Assembly (NCBI GenBank): GCA_964431835.1
Contig: CAYSKO010000004.1
Coordinates: forward strand, 7,519-71,518
Reading direction: 5' to 3'
Source: an uncultured Planctomycetia bacterium
GTDB lineage: Bacteria > Omnitrophota > Gorgyraeia > 2-02-FULL-51-18
DNA: 64,000 bases
Within the stretch, counting starts at the first letter, position 1; every line of letters starts with the position of its first letter. The notes below the pieces were generated by a model, which was not told the DNA's origin, ran no database searches, and worked only from the letters and a program-made list of their open reading frames with translations. The position numbers and the translations under genes were made by a program. Below are positions 52,358-61,245 of the stretch, piece after piece.

Positions 52358-53344
52358 TTATTTCCTCGTCAAAAGCGCCGGGCGGCGCACGGTGAGAGCG
52401 ATCTTTTGTTTCTCCGAGTGCCGCACGAGCTCATTCGCCTTCTTGAGCGGCATATAACGCGTGGGCTTTCCGTCGATGTGCGTTAGAAGATCTTTCTCCC
52501 GGACACCCACGGCGTCGGCGGCGCCGTCCTTCTTCACCGATTCAACGACGACACCCTGGTATTCGAGCTTCACTTTCACGCCTAGGCCCTTCACGTCCTT
52601 CGCCGCGCCGCGCTCGACGAAACAGTCGCGGTCGTACTCGAGCGTGAAGTTCGAAAACCGAGGCTCCGTCATCGCGCGCACGACCACGTCCAGACTGAGA
52701 TAGCGGAGGGATTCGCCGTCGATCGAGACCAGGCGGTCGCCCTTTCTCATGCCAACGAGACCCGCATCCTTCTTTGCGTCCACGAACGTGACCCGCGTCC
52801 AGTCCCCTTTTTTCTCGAGCGAAAGACCGACGTTGTCCTTCAAAGTTTGGCGCAGGTTCTGCACGCGTGCGCCGGCGGCCTCGGGGGAACGCGTGTGCCG
52901 CGCGTCCTCGATCGCCTGCTGCTTCTCGACCTCGCCCGTGGGTCCCTGCGTCGAGACGGCCCAAAAACGGTTGCGCACGCCGAGCGCCGCTTTCTTAGCT
53001 TCCTCGAAATCCGGATTCGCTTCCACGGCCTTTTCGTAGTACGCGAGCGCTTCGCCGAGTTTGTTGTCGACCTCGCGCGCCTTACCGAGCTGAAAAAAAC
53101 TTTGCGCCGGGTCGTCGTATTCGACCTCGCGGATCGTGGAGATCATCACCGGCACCTCGCCTTTTTCGGTGCTCATGATCAGGCGATCGGCGTGCTGCTC
53201 CACCACAAGACCTTTCACTTCCTTGCCGTCCTTCAGGTGAATCGTGTCCGCGGCCGCGGTCGCGCAAAAGAGAAAAAGGGAGGGGTAGAGACACCCTCCC
53301 ATGCGGACGATCGCTTTTTCACGTGCGGATTTTTCTGCGCGCAT
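52358..53344 (-). CDS. Exported TPR + tandem PDZ protein (start uncertain)
   Basis: Signal-like segment, DTIHLKDGKEVKGLV, TPR (EALAYYEKAVEANPDF), two PDZ-like units (AGLVGMRKGDRLVSIDG; ADAVGVREKDLLTHIDG). Confidence 0.75.
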   Translation of the reverse strand: MRAEKSAREKAIVRMGGCLYPSLFLFCATAAADTIHLKDGKEVKGLVVEQHADRLIMSTEKGEVPVMISTIREVEYDDPAQSFFQLGKAREVDNKLGEALAYYEKAVEANPDFEEAKKAALGVRNRFWAVSTQGPTGEVEKQQAIEDARHTRSPEAAGARVQNLRQTLKDNVGLSLEKKGDWTRVTFVDAKKDAGLVGMRKGDRLVSIDGESLRYLSLDVVVRAMTEPRFSNFTLEYDRDCFVERGAAKDVKGLGVKVKLEYQGVVVESVKKDGAADAVGVREKDLLTHIDGKPTRYMPLKKANELVRHSEKQKIALTVRRPALLTRK

Positions 53345-53432
53345 GACTCCAAAAATGGTTTAGACGGTCGTTTCGTATCCTTTGATCACTTCTTATCAGA
53401 ACTTACCGAAAATGTTAAAAAAAAGAAATACT

Positions 53433-53454
53433 ATTCGGTTCGATCGAACCGAAT
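53433..53454. promoter_or_regulatory. Perfect 22-bp palindrome, possible operator
   Basis: ATTCGGTTCGA|TCGAACCGAAT in AT-rich intergenic DNA. Confidence 0.45.
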
Positions 53455-53537
53455 TCGTCGGAAACGCTATATATAGTATGCTAGCAGAGCTCTCCCTACG
53501 ACGCAAGCCCTTAATGAAAAAGGGCCTTAAAAAAAGA

Positions 53538-53873
53538 TTAGTACTGGCCGTCGCGGGCGCGGTTGGACTCGCGACTGGAATCGCCGAGGAGGCCGGGTCG
53601 GAGATGACTGCTGGAGTGGTAAGCTTCGTCGGGGTCGGGGGCTAAAAAGCCGAGATCGATCTTGCCGGAAACGCGGTTCAGGCTCTCGCGCGCGCTATCG
53701 TCGTCGGTCTCGACCACGTACGCGCCTTCGCGGAGGCTACGCGACACGTTGAACGGGTCGTGGCGCTCCCCCTTCATCTTCGGGGAAGAAGCGGCGGTTT
53801 CCTCGGCCGCGGCGGAGGCAACGGTGACGAAAAGGATCATGAGACTGTTTAAGAACGCACGTTTGTAACGCAT
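53538..53873 (-). CDS. Hypothetical secreted protein (111 aa)
   Basis: SD AAAGGA then ATG 53873; signal peptide MRYKRAFLNSLMILFVTVASAAA. Confidence 0.6.
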   Translation of the reverse strand: MRYKRAFLNSLMILFVTVASAAAEETAASSPKMKGERHDPFNVSRSLREGAYVVETDDDSARESLNRVSGKIDLGFLAPDPDEAYHSSSHLRPGLLGDSSRESNRARDGQY

Positions 53874-53940
53874 TTTTCCTTTGAAGTAAAACGAATCCGC
53901 CCTCCGCCAAGCGATCGCTCGCTTCACGGAGGACGGGGCT

Positions 53941-54314
53941 TTGCAGGCCTGTAAGCCGGGTTCTGTGGGAGCCACTTAAGGCCCCGACGATCATTTATCT
54001 AGTCCCACCGTCTCCGGCGGGATCGCCTCCGCCTTTCGGCAGATGTAGCGGTTAACCCGGGAATCTTGGCGAGAGAGAGTCTCGCGCGGGAGCCGCCTTT
54101 CGGCCGCCCCGTTTCTTCCCCTATTCAACCTTGCTCCGCGTGGAGATTGCCCGTTTCACCCTCTCGCCGAAGCGAGAGACTCGTCTCTGTTGCTCTAATC
54201 CTTCCGTCCCGTTTCCGGACGGAGGCGGGTGTTACCCGCCACGCTCTCTTCTGGGAGCCCGGACTTTCCTCGGCGGCCACCTTGCGGCGACCGACGCGAC
54301 CGTCCAGCCTGCAA
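53941..54314 (-). ncRNA. rnpB: RNase P RNA
   Basis: GAGGAAAGTCCGGGCTC, AACAGAGAC, GGGTGAAA, GGAGCAAG, AGATAAATG, ACAGAACCCGGCTTA; terminal P1 TTGCAGGC/GCCTGCAA. Confidence 0.97.
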
Positions 54315-54343
54315 AATTGTGAAAGAACAAAGTACGAAACTTT

Positions 54344-54754
54344 TTAAATCAGCGACGCTTCGTCGAGGGCACGATTGGCTTCTTTGTCCGCGAGTTTGTT
54401 CTCTTCGCGCGGCACGTGCGTGATCGAGACTTTCTTGAAGCCGCGCTTCAGGTGATCGACCAGCGTCCAGAGCACCTTGAGTGACGCGTCCTTCACCCGG
54501 TACTCGCCGCTGCACTGCTTCGCGACCAGCTCGCTGTCGGTGAACACCGCCACTTCCTGCGCTCCCATCATGAGCGCTTCCTGCAACGCATACACGAGGG
54601 CGAAATATTCTGCGACGTTGTTCGTCGCCACGCCGATCGTTTTGCCGACGGCCTTCACGGTCACGCCGGCCGGATCCTGGAACACGATCCCCGCGGCCGC
54701 TGGCCCCGGATTGCCGCGGGCCGCGCCGTCGACGTAGACCGTGACCTGCTTCAC
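54344..54754 (-). CDS. rnhA: Ribonuclease HI (archaeal/actinobacterial-like type)
   Basis: GTG 54754; VDGAARGNPGPA, TNNVAEY, TDSELV, HVPREENKLAD. Confidence 0.92.
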   Translation of the reverse strand: MKQVTVYVDGAARGNPGPAAAGIVFQDPAGVTVKAVGKTIGVATNNVAEYFALVYALQEALMMGAQEVAVFTDSELVAKQCSGEYRVKDASLKVLWTLVDHLKRGFKKVSITHVPREENKLADKEANRALDEASLI

Positions 54755-55464
54755 GGCGCCCAATAAAGGATGCGCGCGCATTCCTCGCACATAATGAGCT
54801 TGTCGTTCATCTGCATTTCGTTAACGGTCTGCGGAGGAAGCGTGATCCGGCAGCCACCGCACGAATTTTTCTTCACGGGAACGATGCCGATGCCGTCCCG
54901 CTTCATGACGCGCTCGTACTGCGAGAGTATCTTCACGTCGATGTTCGGCGTATAGGCTTTGCGCTTGTCTTCGAGCTCGGCCACCTGCGCGGTGAGCTCG
55001 GCGGCGCGCTTCTTGAGCACGTCCACCTGCTCCTTGTAGTCCCTCTCCAGCACCGCGAGCGCTTCCTTTTCCTTGGCGACCTTGGCCTTCGATTCGTCGA
55101 CCGCGTCGATGAGGCGGAGGATATCCTCCTCGAGCAGCGAATCGTCCGCCTGGAGCCCCTTGATCTCGAGCTCCATCGCGCTGTATTCCTTGTTCGTCTT
55201 GAGCTGGTAGAGCTGGCCTTGCAGTTTCTTGACCTTTTCTTCTTTCTGCCCGAGCTCGCCTTCTTTTTCCTTCTGCTTGAGCTGGGTCGTCTTGAGATCC
55301 GCTTCGGCCGCCTTCAGGGACGCCTTCTTCTTCTCGAAATCGTCGGCCAGGCGCTTCTCTTCCGCGGGCTGGAGGGAGAGCTCCTTCTTCAGACCGTGGA
55401 CTTCGGCGTCGACCTTCTGGAGCTCGACGAGTATTTTTATCTGTTCCTGAAATGGCGTGGGCAT
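54751..55464 (-). CDS. Coiled-coil C4 zinc-ribbon protein (DUF164/CT398 family)
   Basis: LVELQKVD, KTNKEY coiled coil, CGGC...CEECARILY. Confidence 0.9.
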   Translation of the reverse strand: MPTPFQEQIKILVELQKVDAEVHGLKKELSLQPAEEKRLADDFEKKKASLKAAEADLKTTQLKQKEKEGELGQKEEKVKKLQGQLYQLKTNKEYSAMELEIKGLQADDSLLEEDILRLIDAVDESKAKVAKEKEALAVLERDYKEQVDVLKKRAAELTAQVAELEDKRKAYTPNIDVKILSQYERVMKRDGIGIVPVKKNSCGGCRITLPPQTVNEMQMNDKLIMCEECARILYWAP

Positions 55465-55490
55465 TTGCCCTTTCTCTAAGTTAGAAAAAG

Positions 55491-55567
<77 letters not shown>

Positions 55568-55586
55568 AGAAAAACCGCGTCAAACG

Positions 55587-55660
55587 TGGGCCCGCCTGGA
55601 CTTGAACCAGGGACCGGCTCATTATGAGTGAGCTGCTCTAACCGACTGAGCTACGGGCCC
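55587..55660 (-). tRNA. tRNA with CAT anticodon, most likely tRNA-Ile2 (lysidine); CCA not encoded
   Basis: GGGCCCGTAGCTCAGTCGGTTAGAGC..GCTCA-CTCATAA-TGAGC..; paired G1-C72 and no GGG/CCC anticodon stem, so not initiator; downstream of rpoD. Confidence 0.85.
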
Positions 55661-55715
55661 GAAGCCTCGAAGCATAGGATTCTATCACGCGGCGGCTCGG
55701 AACGTAAAGCCCGCC

Positions 55716-55749
55716 AAAAGAAGGACCGCCGGAGAGTTTCCGGCGGTCC
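55716..55749 (-). terminator. Intrinsic terminator after rpoD
   Basis: GGACCGCCGGA stem, 5-nt loop, then TTCTTTT on the - strand. Confidence 0.8.
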
Positions 55750-55778
55750 CGTTTCGATGCCTATCCCGGTTTAGTGGG

Positions 55779-57512
55779 TTAGAAGTCGAGGTCTTCACCG
55801 CCCCCGAGCTCGAGGAACGTCTTGAGCTTGCGGGACCGTGTCGGGTGGCGCAGTTTGCGGAGCGCCTTGGCTTCGATCTGTCGCACGCGTTCGCGCGTGA
55901 CGTTGAAGATCGAACCGACCTCTTCAAGGGTACGCGGATAGCCGTCGTTCACGCCGAAGCGCAGTTTAAGCACCTTGCGTTCGCGCTCGGTGAGCGTCGC
56001 CAGGACGTCGTCCATCTGCTCCTTGAGCATCGCGTACGTGGTCGCCGAGCTCGGAGAGACAGCGCGCTTGTCCTCGATGAAGTCGCCGAAGTGCGTGTCG
56101 CCCTCGTCGCCGATGGGCGTCTGAAGCGAGATCGGCTCCTGCGCGATCTTGAGGATTTCACGGACCTTCTCGACTCCCATGCGCATACGCTGGCCAATTT
56201 CTTCCGGGGTCGGCTCCTTGCCGGTCTCTTGGACGAGCTGGCGCGACACGCGGATCAGCTTGTTGATCGTCTCGGTCATGTGCACCGGGATGCGGATCGT
56301 GCGGGCCTGGTCGGCGATCGAGCGCGTGACGGCCTGGCGGATCCACCAGGTGGCGTACGTGCTGAATTTATAGCCGCGGCGGTATTCGAACTTGTCGACC
56401 GCCTTCATCAGGCCGATGTTGCCCTCCTGAATGAGGTCGAGGAACGAGAGGCCGCGGTTGGTGTACTTTTTGGCGATCGAGACGACGAGGCGGAGATTGG
56501 CCTCGACGAGCTCCTTCTTCGCGCGCTGGTACTTGTTCTCTTTGCGGCGGATGATCTGGTAACGCTCGCGGAGCGCTTCCAGGTCCTTCTCGCCGAACTT
56601 GCGGAGAAGGTCGCGCTTCTCTTTGAGGAGCTTCGAGAGCGTGTTGCGGTCCTTCTTGCGGCGAGCGCGCTCGGATTCGCGTTCGATGCGCTCGACGCGC
56701 TCGACGCCGGTCCGGACCTCGACGAACATGTCGGCTACGACGCGCGGCGCGACACGGAACTCGAGTAGGATCTGCATCCACTTGTCCGGCGTCTTCGCCG
56801 ACCGGATGCGCGTGACGAGTATCTTCAAACGACGCAGAGTGCGCGGCGCGTTTTCGCGGTTCTTCGCCTCTTCGTCGATGTATTCCTCGATCACGTACTC
56901 TTTCTTGAGCACCTTGCCGGTGAAATCCATGATGTAGTTCCTGGAGAAAGACGTCTCGAAGAGCACCTTACGGAATTCGATCTCATCCGCTTCGATACGC
57001 TTGGCGAGCTCGAGCTCCTGATCGCGCGTGAGGAGCGAAATCTGGCCCATCTGGCGCAGGTACATGCGGACCGGATCGTCCATCTGCTCGAGACGTGAAG
57101 GCGCCTGCGGAAGCTCGCTCGGCTCTTCCTTCTTCTCGTCGTCGATGACGCCCGGCTCGTCGTCGTCATCGTCGTCCTTTTCGACCTTCGCGCCGGTTTC
57201 GCCTTCTTCGGCGTCCTGGACTTCGATGTTCTGGGCAGAGAGAGACGTGAGCACGTCCTCGATCTCGTCGGAGGCGGTCACGTGGGACGGCAGCATCTTG
57301 TTGATATCGTCGTACGTGAGGAAGCCTTTTTCCTTACCGAGCGCGATTAGCTGTTCGATTCCCTTAGCTTTCAGCTTCGCCTTCGCGGCGTCGGTCAGCT
57401 CGACCTCGGCGACCGCGGCACCGTTCTTGCGCGGCTCGGCGTCGGCGGACACCAGGGCGGCCGACTTGGCTTCGGGATTCGACTTGCCCTTCACGCTGTT
57501 ATTTTTTTTCAT
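55779..57512 (-). CDS. rpoD: Primary sigma factor RpoD
   Basis: Region 1.1 [60 protein letters not shown]. Confidence 0.98.
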   Translation of the reverse strand: MKKNNSVKGKSNPEAKSAALVSADAEPRKNGAAVAEVELTDAAKAKLKAKGIEQLIALGKEKGFLTYDDINKMLPSHVTASDEIEDVLTSLSAQNIEVQDAEEGETGAKVEKDDDDDDEPGVIDDEKKEEPSELPQAPSRLEQMDDPVRMYLRQMGQISLLTRDQELELAKRIEADEIEFRKVLFETSFSRNYIMDFTGKVLKKEYVIEEYIDEEAKNRENAPRTLRRLKILVTRIRSAKTPDKWMQILLEFRVAPRVVADMFVEVRTGVERVERIERESERARRKKDRNTLSKLLKEKRDLLRKFGEKDLEALRERYQIIRRKENKYQRAKKELVEANLRLVVSIAKKYTNRGLSFLDLIQEGNIGLMKAVDKFEYRRGYKFSTYATWWIRQAVTRSIADQARTIRIPVHMTETINKLIRVSRQLVQETGKEPTPEEIGQRMRMGVEKVREILKIAQEPISLQTPIGDEGDTHFGDFIEDKRAVSPSSATTYAMLKEQMDDVLATLTERERKVLKLRFGVNDGYPRTLEEVGSIFNVTRERVRQIEAKALRKLRHPTRSRKLKTFLELGGGEDLDF

Positions 57513-59259
57513 TTATTTTTCTGTCCCTCTTGTTGAGTTCTTCCAGGTCGTACAGCAAACGGCTGATCCGATTTTTGTCACCTTCGCGCTCCGCGGCGAG
57601 CAGCGCGGCACTCAAACCTTCCCTCTCCGCGTCGAGACGCGACCGGCGCACACGGCGCAGGCAGTCCTCGAACGATTTCTTTTTCTCCGCCGGATTCTCG
57701 AGCTTATCGGTCTCGGCGAGCGCGTGGGAAATCAGCCGCACCGCCTCCGGGTCGTCCTTGTAATGGTTCATCCGCTTGGCGGCCGAAAGCGCTTCGGTGC
57801 CCGCCAGTACGTCCTTCACAATCGCCCGCGTTCCGGGATGCCGGAAATCGTCGGACGTAAGCTCCGTCTTGGCCTCGGCCGCGAACTCCGGGGATTCGAG
57901 CAGATGCCCGAGAAGCGTGATCTCGAGCATCGGCACGTTCTTCAGTGGCGTCTCCGCGGCGGCGGTGGCCTTATGCGGCTCCTCGCGCTTCTTCATCTCC
58001 GCGAAGAGCGACGCTTCGTTCAGCATAAGGCGTTTGGCCAATTCCTTCGTCCAGGCCGACTTCAGTATCTCGTTCGGCACCTTCGCGAAGAGCTGCACCA
58101 TTTCGTTGGCAATCTTCGCCTTCGTCTCGACGTTCGTCGAGGGGTGTTGGCGTTGGAGCGTTTCCAATTTGAATTCAAAGAGCGATTTTGCCTGCTCGAG
58201 CTCGGTGCGGAACATTTCGACGCCGAGATCACGCACGTACGAATCGGGATCGTACCCTTCGGGAAGCCGCACGATCCGGACGTCCATTTCCTCTTCCAGA
58301 AAGATCTCGAGGCCCCTTAAAGTCGCGGCCTCGCCGGCCTTGTCGGAGTCGTACAGGATAACGACGTTCCGCGAATTGCGTTTGATCAGCCTCGCCTGGT
58401 CCGGCGTGAGCGCGGTTCCCAGCGACGCGACGACGTTCTCGACTCCGGCTTGGTGGCACGCGATGAGATCCATGTACCCTTCGACCACGATCGCCTGGTC
58501 CAAGTCGCGGATTGCTTTCCTCGCCTGGAAGAGCCCGTACAGCTGCCGGCCCTTGATATAGATCTCGGTCTCGGGCGAATTGAGGTACTTCGGCACCGAA
58601 TCGTCCATCACGCGGCCGCCGAATGCGACGCACACGCCCTTGCCGTCCAAAATGGGAAAGATCACTCGGTTACGGAAGCGGTCGTAGTACCCTCCTTCCC
58701 TCTTCGCGACGAGGAGCCCTGCTTTTTCAAGGAGCGGCTCGGCGGAGACCTCTTTCAAGGCCCGGTGGAGCGCGTCCCACGACTCGGGAGCGAACCCCAC
58801 CCGAAAATCTGAAATCGTCTTTTCCTTTAACCCACGGCGGCGGAGGTAATCCCGCGCGGGCTCCGCTTCTTTCCGTTCGAGCAAAATTCTGTGATAGAAC
58901 TCCATCGCGGCCTGATTGGCCTTCACGAACTCCACGGCGCGCTTCGCGGCTGCGTCGTCGCGCGGCTTGTCCTTTGGAACCTCGACGCCGACCTTTTCGG
59001 CCAGCATCTCGACCACGTCCGGGAAATCCCGGCGCTCGATACGCATCACGAACCCGAATGCGTTTCCCCCGACGCCGCAACCGAAGCAATGGAACGTCTG
59101 GCGCTCCGTGTTCACGATGAACGACGGGGTCTTCTCGTTATGGAACGGGCAGCACGCCTTGAAACTGCGCCCCATGCGGCGGAGCGGCACGTATCCGTTT
59201 ACGAGCTCGACGATGTCGACACGCTCGAGGATTTGATTCAGCGTCGCTTCCGGGATCAA
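57499..59259 (-). CDS. dnaG: DNA primase
   Basis: TTG 59259 overlapping cvpA stop; [47 protein letters not shown]. Confidence 0.97.
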   Translation of the reverse strand: MIPEATLNQILERVDIVELVNGYVPLRRMGRSFKACCPFHNEKTPSFIVNTERQTFHCFGCGVGGNAFGFVMRIERRDFPDVVEMLAEKVGVEVPKDKPRDDAAAKRAVEFVKANQAAMEFYHRILLERKEAEPARDYLRRRGLKEKTISDFRVGFAPESWDALHRALKEVSAEPLLEKAGLLVAKREGGYYDRFRNRVIFPILDGKGVCVAFGGRVMDDSVPKYLNSPETEIYIKGRQLYGLFQARKAIRDLDQAIVVEGYMDLIACHQAGVENVVASLGTALTPDQARLIKRNSRNVVILYDSDKAGEAATLRGLEIFLEEEMDVRIVRLPEGYDPDSYVRDLGVEMFRTELEQAKSLFEFKLETLQRQHPSTNVETKAKIANEMVQLFAKVPNEILKSAWTKELAKRLMLNEASLFAEMKKREEPHKATAAAETPLKNVPMLEITLLGHLLESPEFAAEAKTELTSDDFRHPGTRAIVKDVLAGTEALSAAKRMNHYKDDPEAVRLISHALAETDKLENPAEKKKSFEDCLRRVRRSRLDAEREGLSAALLAAEREGDKNRISRLLYDLEELNKRDRKINEKK

Positions 59260-59804
59260 ACTTTTTTGGCTTTCTTGGGCGTTTCTTCGTTCACCGCCAG
59301 CTGCGGCGAGAGACTCGAGAGGAATTGGAAGATCGTCGGCGCCACGGACGCGATCCGCGGACCGGACACCGAGCGTTCGCGGATGTCCGTCTTCAGCGTC
59401 GTCAGCGGCGAAAATTCGATGAGCATGAACGCGAGGCTCAGGATGATGAGCCAGCGGCACGCGCCGAGGAGGAGGCCGAGGAGTTTGTTGATCACCCCGC
59501 CGTCACCCATCTTCAGCAGTTTGAGAACGAGCATCTGTGCCAGTTTGCACAGGACGAACGTCACTAGCAAAAGTGCGCCGAAAGCGACGGCGTTGGCCGT
59601 GGCCGCGTTCAAGAAAGTGTTCAACGTCAACAGTTGGGCCAAGGCTTCGTGGAACCGAAGCGTGACGATGACCGTCACGAGGTAAGCCACGATCCTCAGG
59701 ATCTCAGGGAAAAGCCCTGCCTTATAGCCGACGTAGGCACCGCGAAGAACGGCGATCACCGCGAGGTAATCGACCCACGTCAACTTGGAGATCAATTCTT
59801 TCAA
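59256..59804 (-). CDS. cvpA: CvpA (colicin V production) family membrane protein
   Basis: WVDY...GYKAGLFPEI, four TM helices, NKLLGLLLGACR. Confidence 0.85.
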   Translation of the reverse strand: MKELISKLTWVDYLAVIAVLRGAYVGYKAGLFPEILRIVAYLVTVIVTLRFHEALAQLLTLNTFLNAATANAVAFGALLLVTFVLCKLAQMLVLKLLKMGDGGVINKLLGLLLGACRWLIILSLAFMLIEFSPLTTLKTDIRERSVSGPRIASVAPTIFQFLSSLSPQLAVNEETPKKAKKV

Positions 59805-59897
59805 AGGCTCTATGGCTTAATACCCCGGAAACGCTCTAACGCGCTGAAACGAGTAGAGGTAGAAAAACACCCCGATACAGGAAGCGGTGACTCGGGA

Positions 59898-59926
59898 AGT
59901 ATACCACCGGGTGGGTGGTTTGTCAA
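59898..59926 (-). promoter_or_regulatory. sigma70 promoter of cvpA-dnaG-rpoD
   Basis: TTGACA-17 bp-TATACT. Confidence 0.8.
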
Positions 59927-59956
59927 AATGGAGTTAATGCAAAAAATAACTAGATA

Positions 59957-60508
59957 TTATGGGGTCGTGGAGAAATCCGGGCGTCCGGATGACCCGTGAG
60001 GCGGGGGTTTGACGGTGCGCTCGAAACGGCCGTCAAAATCGTCGTCGTATTGTTTTTCCAGGAGGTGATGGGCGTCGTCTTCGAGCGATCGGAGGTCGGC
60101 TTTGCCGTCGAAATTACGGTCCCATTCACGGAGGTAAATTTGGCCGTTCTTCATGTAGACCCACGTATCGGGCTTGCCATCCTTGCGGCGGCGATCGCGC
60201 GCCACGCGCGTGGGGCGGCCGTTCGCGTCGTAATCCATCCAAGTATCCACGCGGCCGTCGAAGTTCAAGTCGCGCTCCCCTTTCAGAGGGTTACCGTCTT
60301 TGAAAAGAACCCAGGCGTCGGGGTTCTTGTCGGCGTTGCGGTCCATTTGGATCTTTTGGATTTGATTCTTCTCGTAGAAAACCTTACTTTCCTTGCGGCC
60401 GTCCCCGTCCAAGTCGCGGTCCACGCTTTTGGGCGCGGCGAACGCTGGAGCGGAAGCGAGAAGGAGCGCGAAGATGAGAAGTCCGGACGCGCGTCGGAAC
60501 GATGTCAT
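59957..60508 (-). CDS. Secreted protein with six D-x-[DN]-x-D-G-like repeats
   Basis: Signal peptide; DLDGDGRKE, DRNADKNPD, DLNFDGRVD, KDGKPD, DRNFDGKAD, DDDFDGRFE. Confidence 0.75.
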   Translation of the reverse strand: MTSFRRASGLLIFALLLASAPAFAAPKSVDRDLDGDGRKESKVFYEKNQIQKIQMDRNADKNPDAWVLFKDGNPLKGERDLNFDGRVDTWMDYDANGRPTRVARDRRRKDGKPDTWVYMKNGQIYLREWDRNFDGKADLRSLEDDAHHLLEKQYDDDFDGRFERTVKPPPHGSSGRPDFSTTP

Positions 60509-61245
60509 GCTCGAACCTCCCTGAAGAAGAATGCGATCGTCGAAAGCGCGTAGAGCGCCGCGGTCTCGCTGCGAAGAACGAGCGGTCCCAAGCTCACCGG
60601 CCGGGCGCCGCGAGAGACGGCCTCCGCCGCCTCGGTCGGAGAAAAATCCCCTTCCGGGCCGATCAAAACGAGCACGCGCTTCGCGGCCGAATCTTTCATC
60701 GTCTCGTAGAGCCCACGGCCCTTGGCCACGAGCGTTGGCAGAAGAATCATATCATATTCCGAGAAATTCCGGACGAAATCGTCGTAGCGCGCCACCGGCC
60801 GAACAGTCGGGTAATCCGACCGCCCGCATTGCTTGCAGGCCTCCGCCGCGATCTTTTGCCAGCGCTCGAGCTTCCCTTCGCGACGGTCCGCCGAAATACG
60901 CACCACGGTGCGCTCCGTGACGAGCGGCGCGATTTCCGCGGCGCCGAGCTCGGCGGCTTTCTGGATAAGGAGATCCATCGCGTCCGACTTCACGATCGCG
61001 GGCGCCAGCGTGATACGGACGGGCATCGTCTCGCGGACCGGCGAGGGGGCGTTGGGTTGAACACGAAGGCGTCCGCCCGCTTCCCCGAGGACGGTGCCGG
61101 AAAACGCGGCGCCCTTGCCGTCGAAAAGCTCGACTGCGTCGCCGGCCTTGAGACGAAGGACCGAGAGCGCGTGGCGGGACTCCTCCTTCGAAAGGAGGAC
61201 CGGCTCCGAACAGAGAACCTCGATCCGGAAACGCGGCGCCTTCAT
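60505..61245 (-). CDS. rsmE: 16S rRNA m3U1498 methyltransferase
   Basis: HALSVLRL, QKAAELG, EACKQCGR, IGPEGDFS, LGPLVLRSETA. Confidence 0.96.
   Translation of the reverse strand: MKAPRFRIEVLCSEPVLLSKEESRHALSVLRLKAGDAVELFDGKGAAFSGTVLGEAGGRLRVQPNAPSPVRETMPVRITLAPAIVKSDAMDLLIQKAAELGAAEIAPLVTERTVVRISADRREGKLERWQKIAAEACKQCGRSDYPTVRPVARYDDFVRNFSEYDMILLPTLVAKGRGLYETMKDSAAKRVLVLIGPEGDFSPTEAAEAVSRGARPVSLGPLVLRSETAALYALSTIAFFFREVRA

Noticed and set aside
53382-53645. + strand 87-aa ORF with a signal-like segment
   Set aside because: Starts in AT-rich regulatory DNA and overlaps antisense the better supported 53538..53873 gene
54066-54515. Short ORFs over 54.0-54.5 kb
   Set aside because: The region is the RNase P RNA gene plus rnhA
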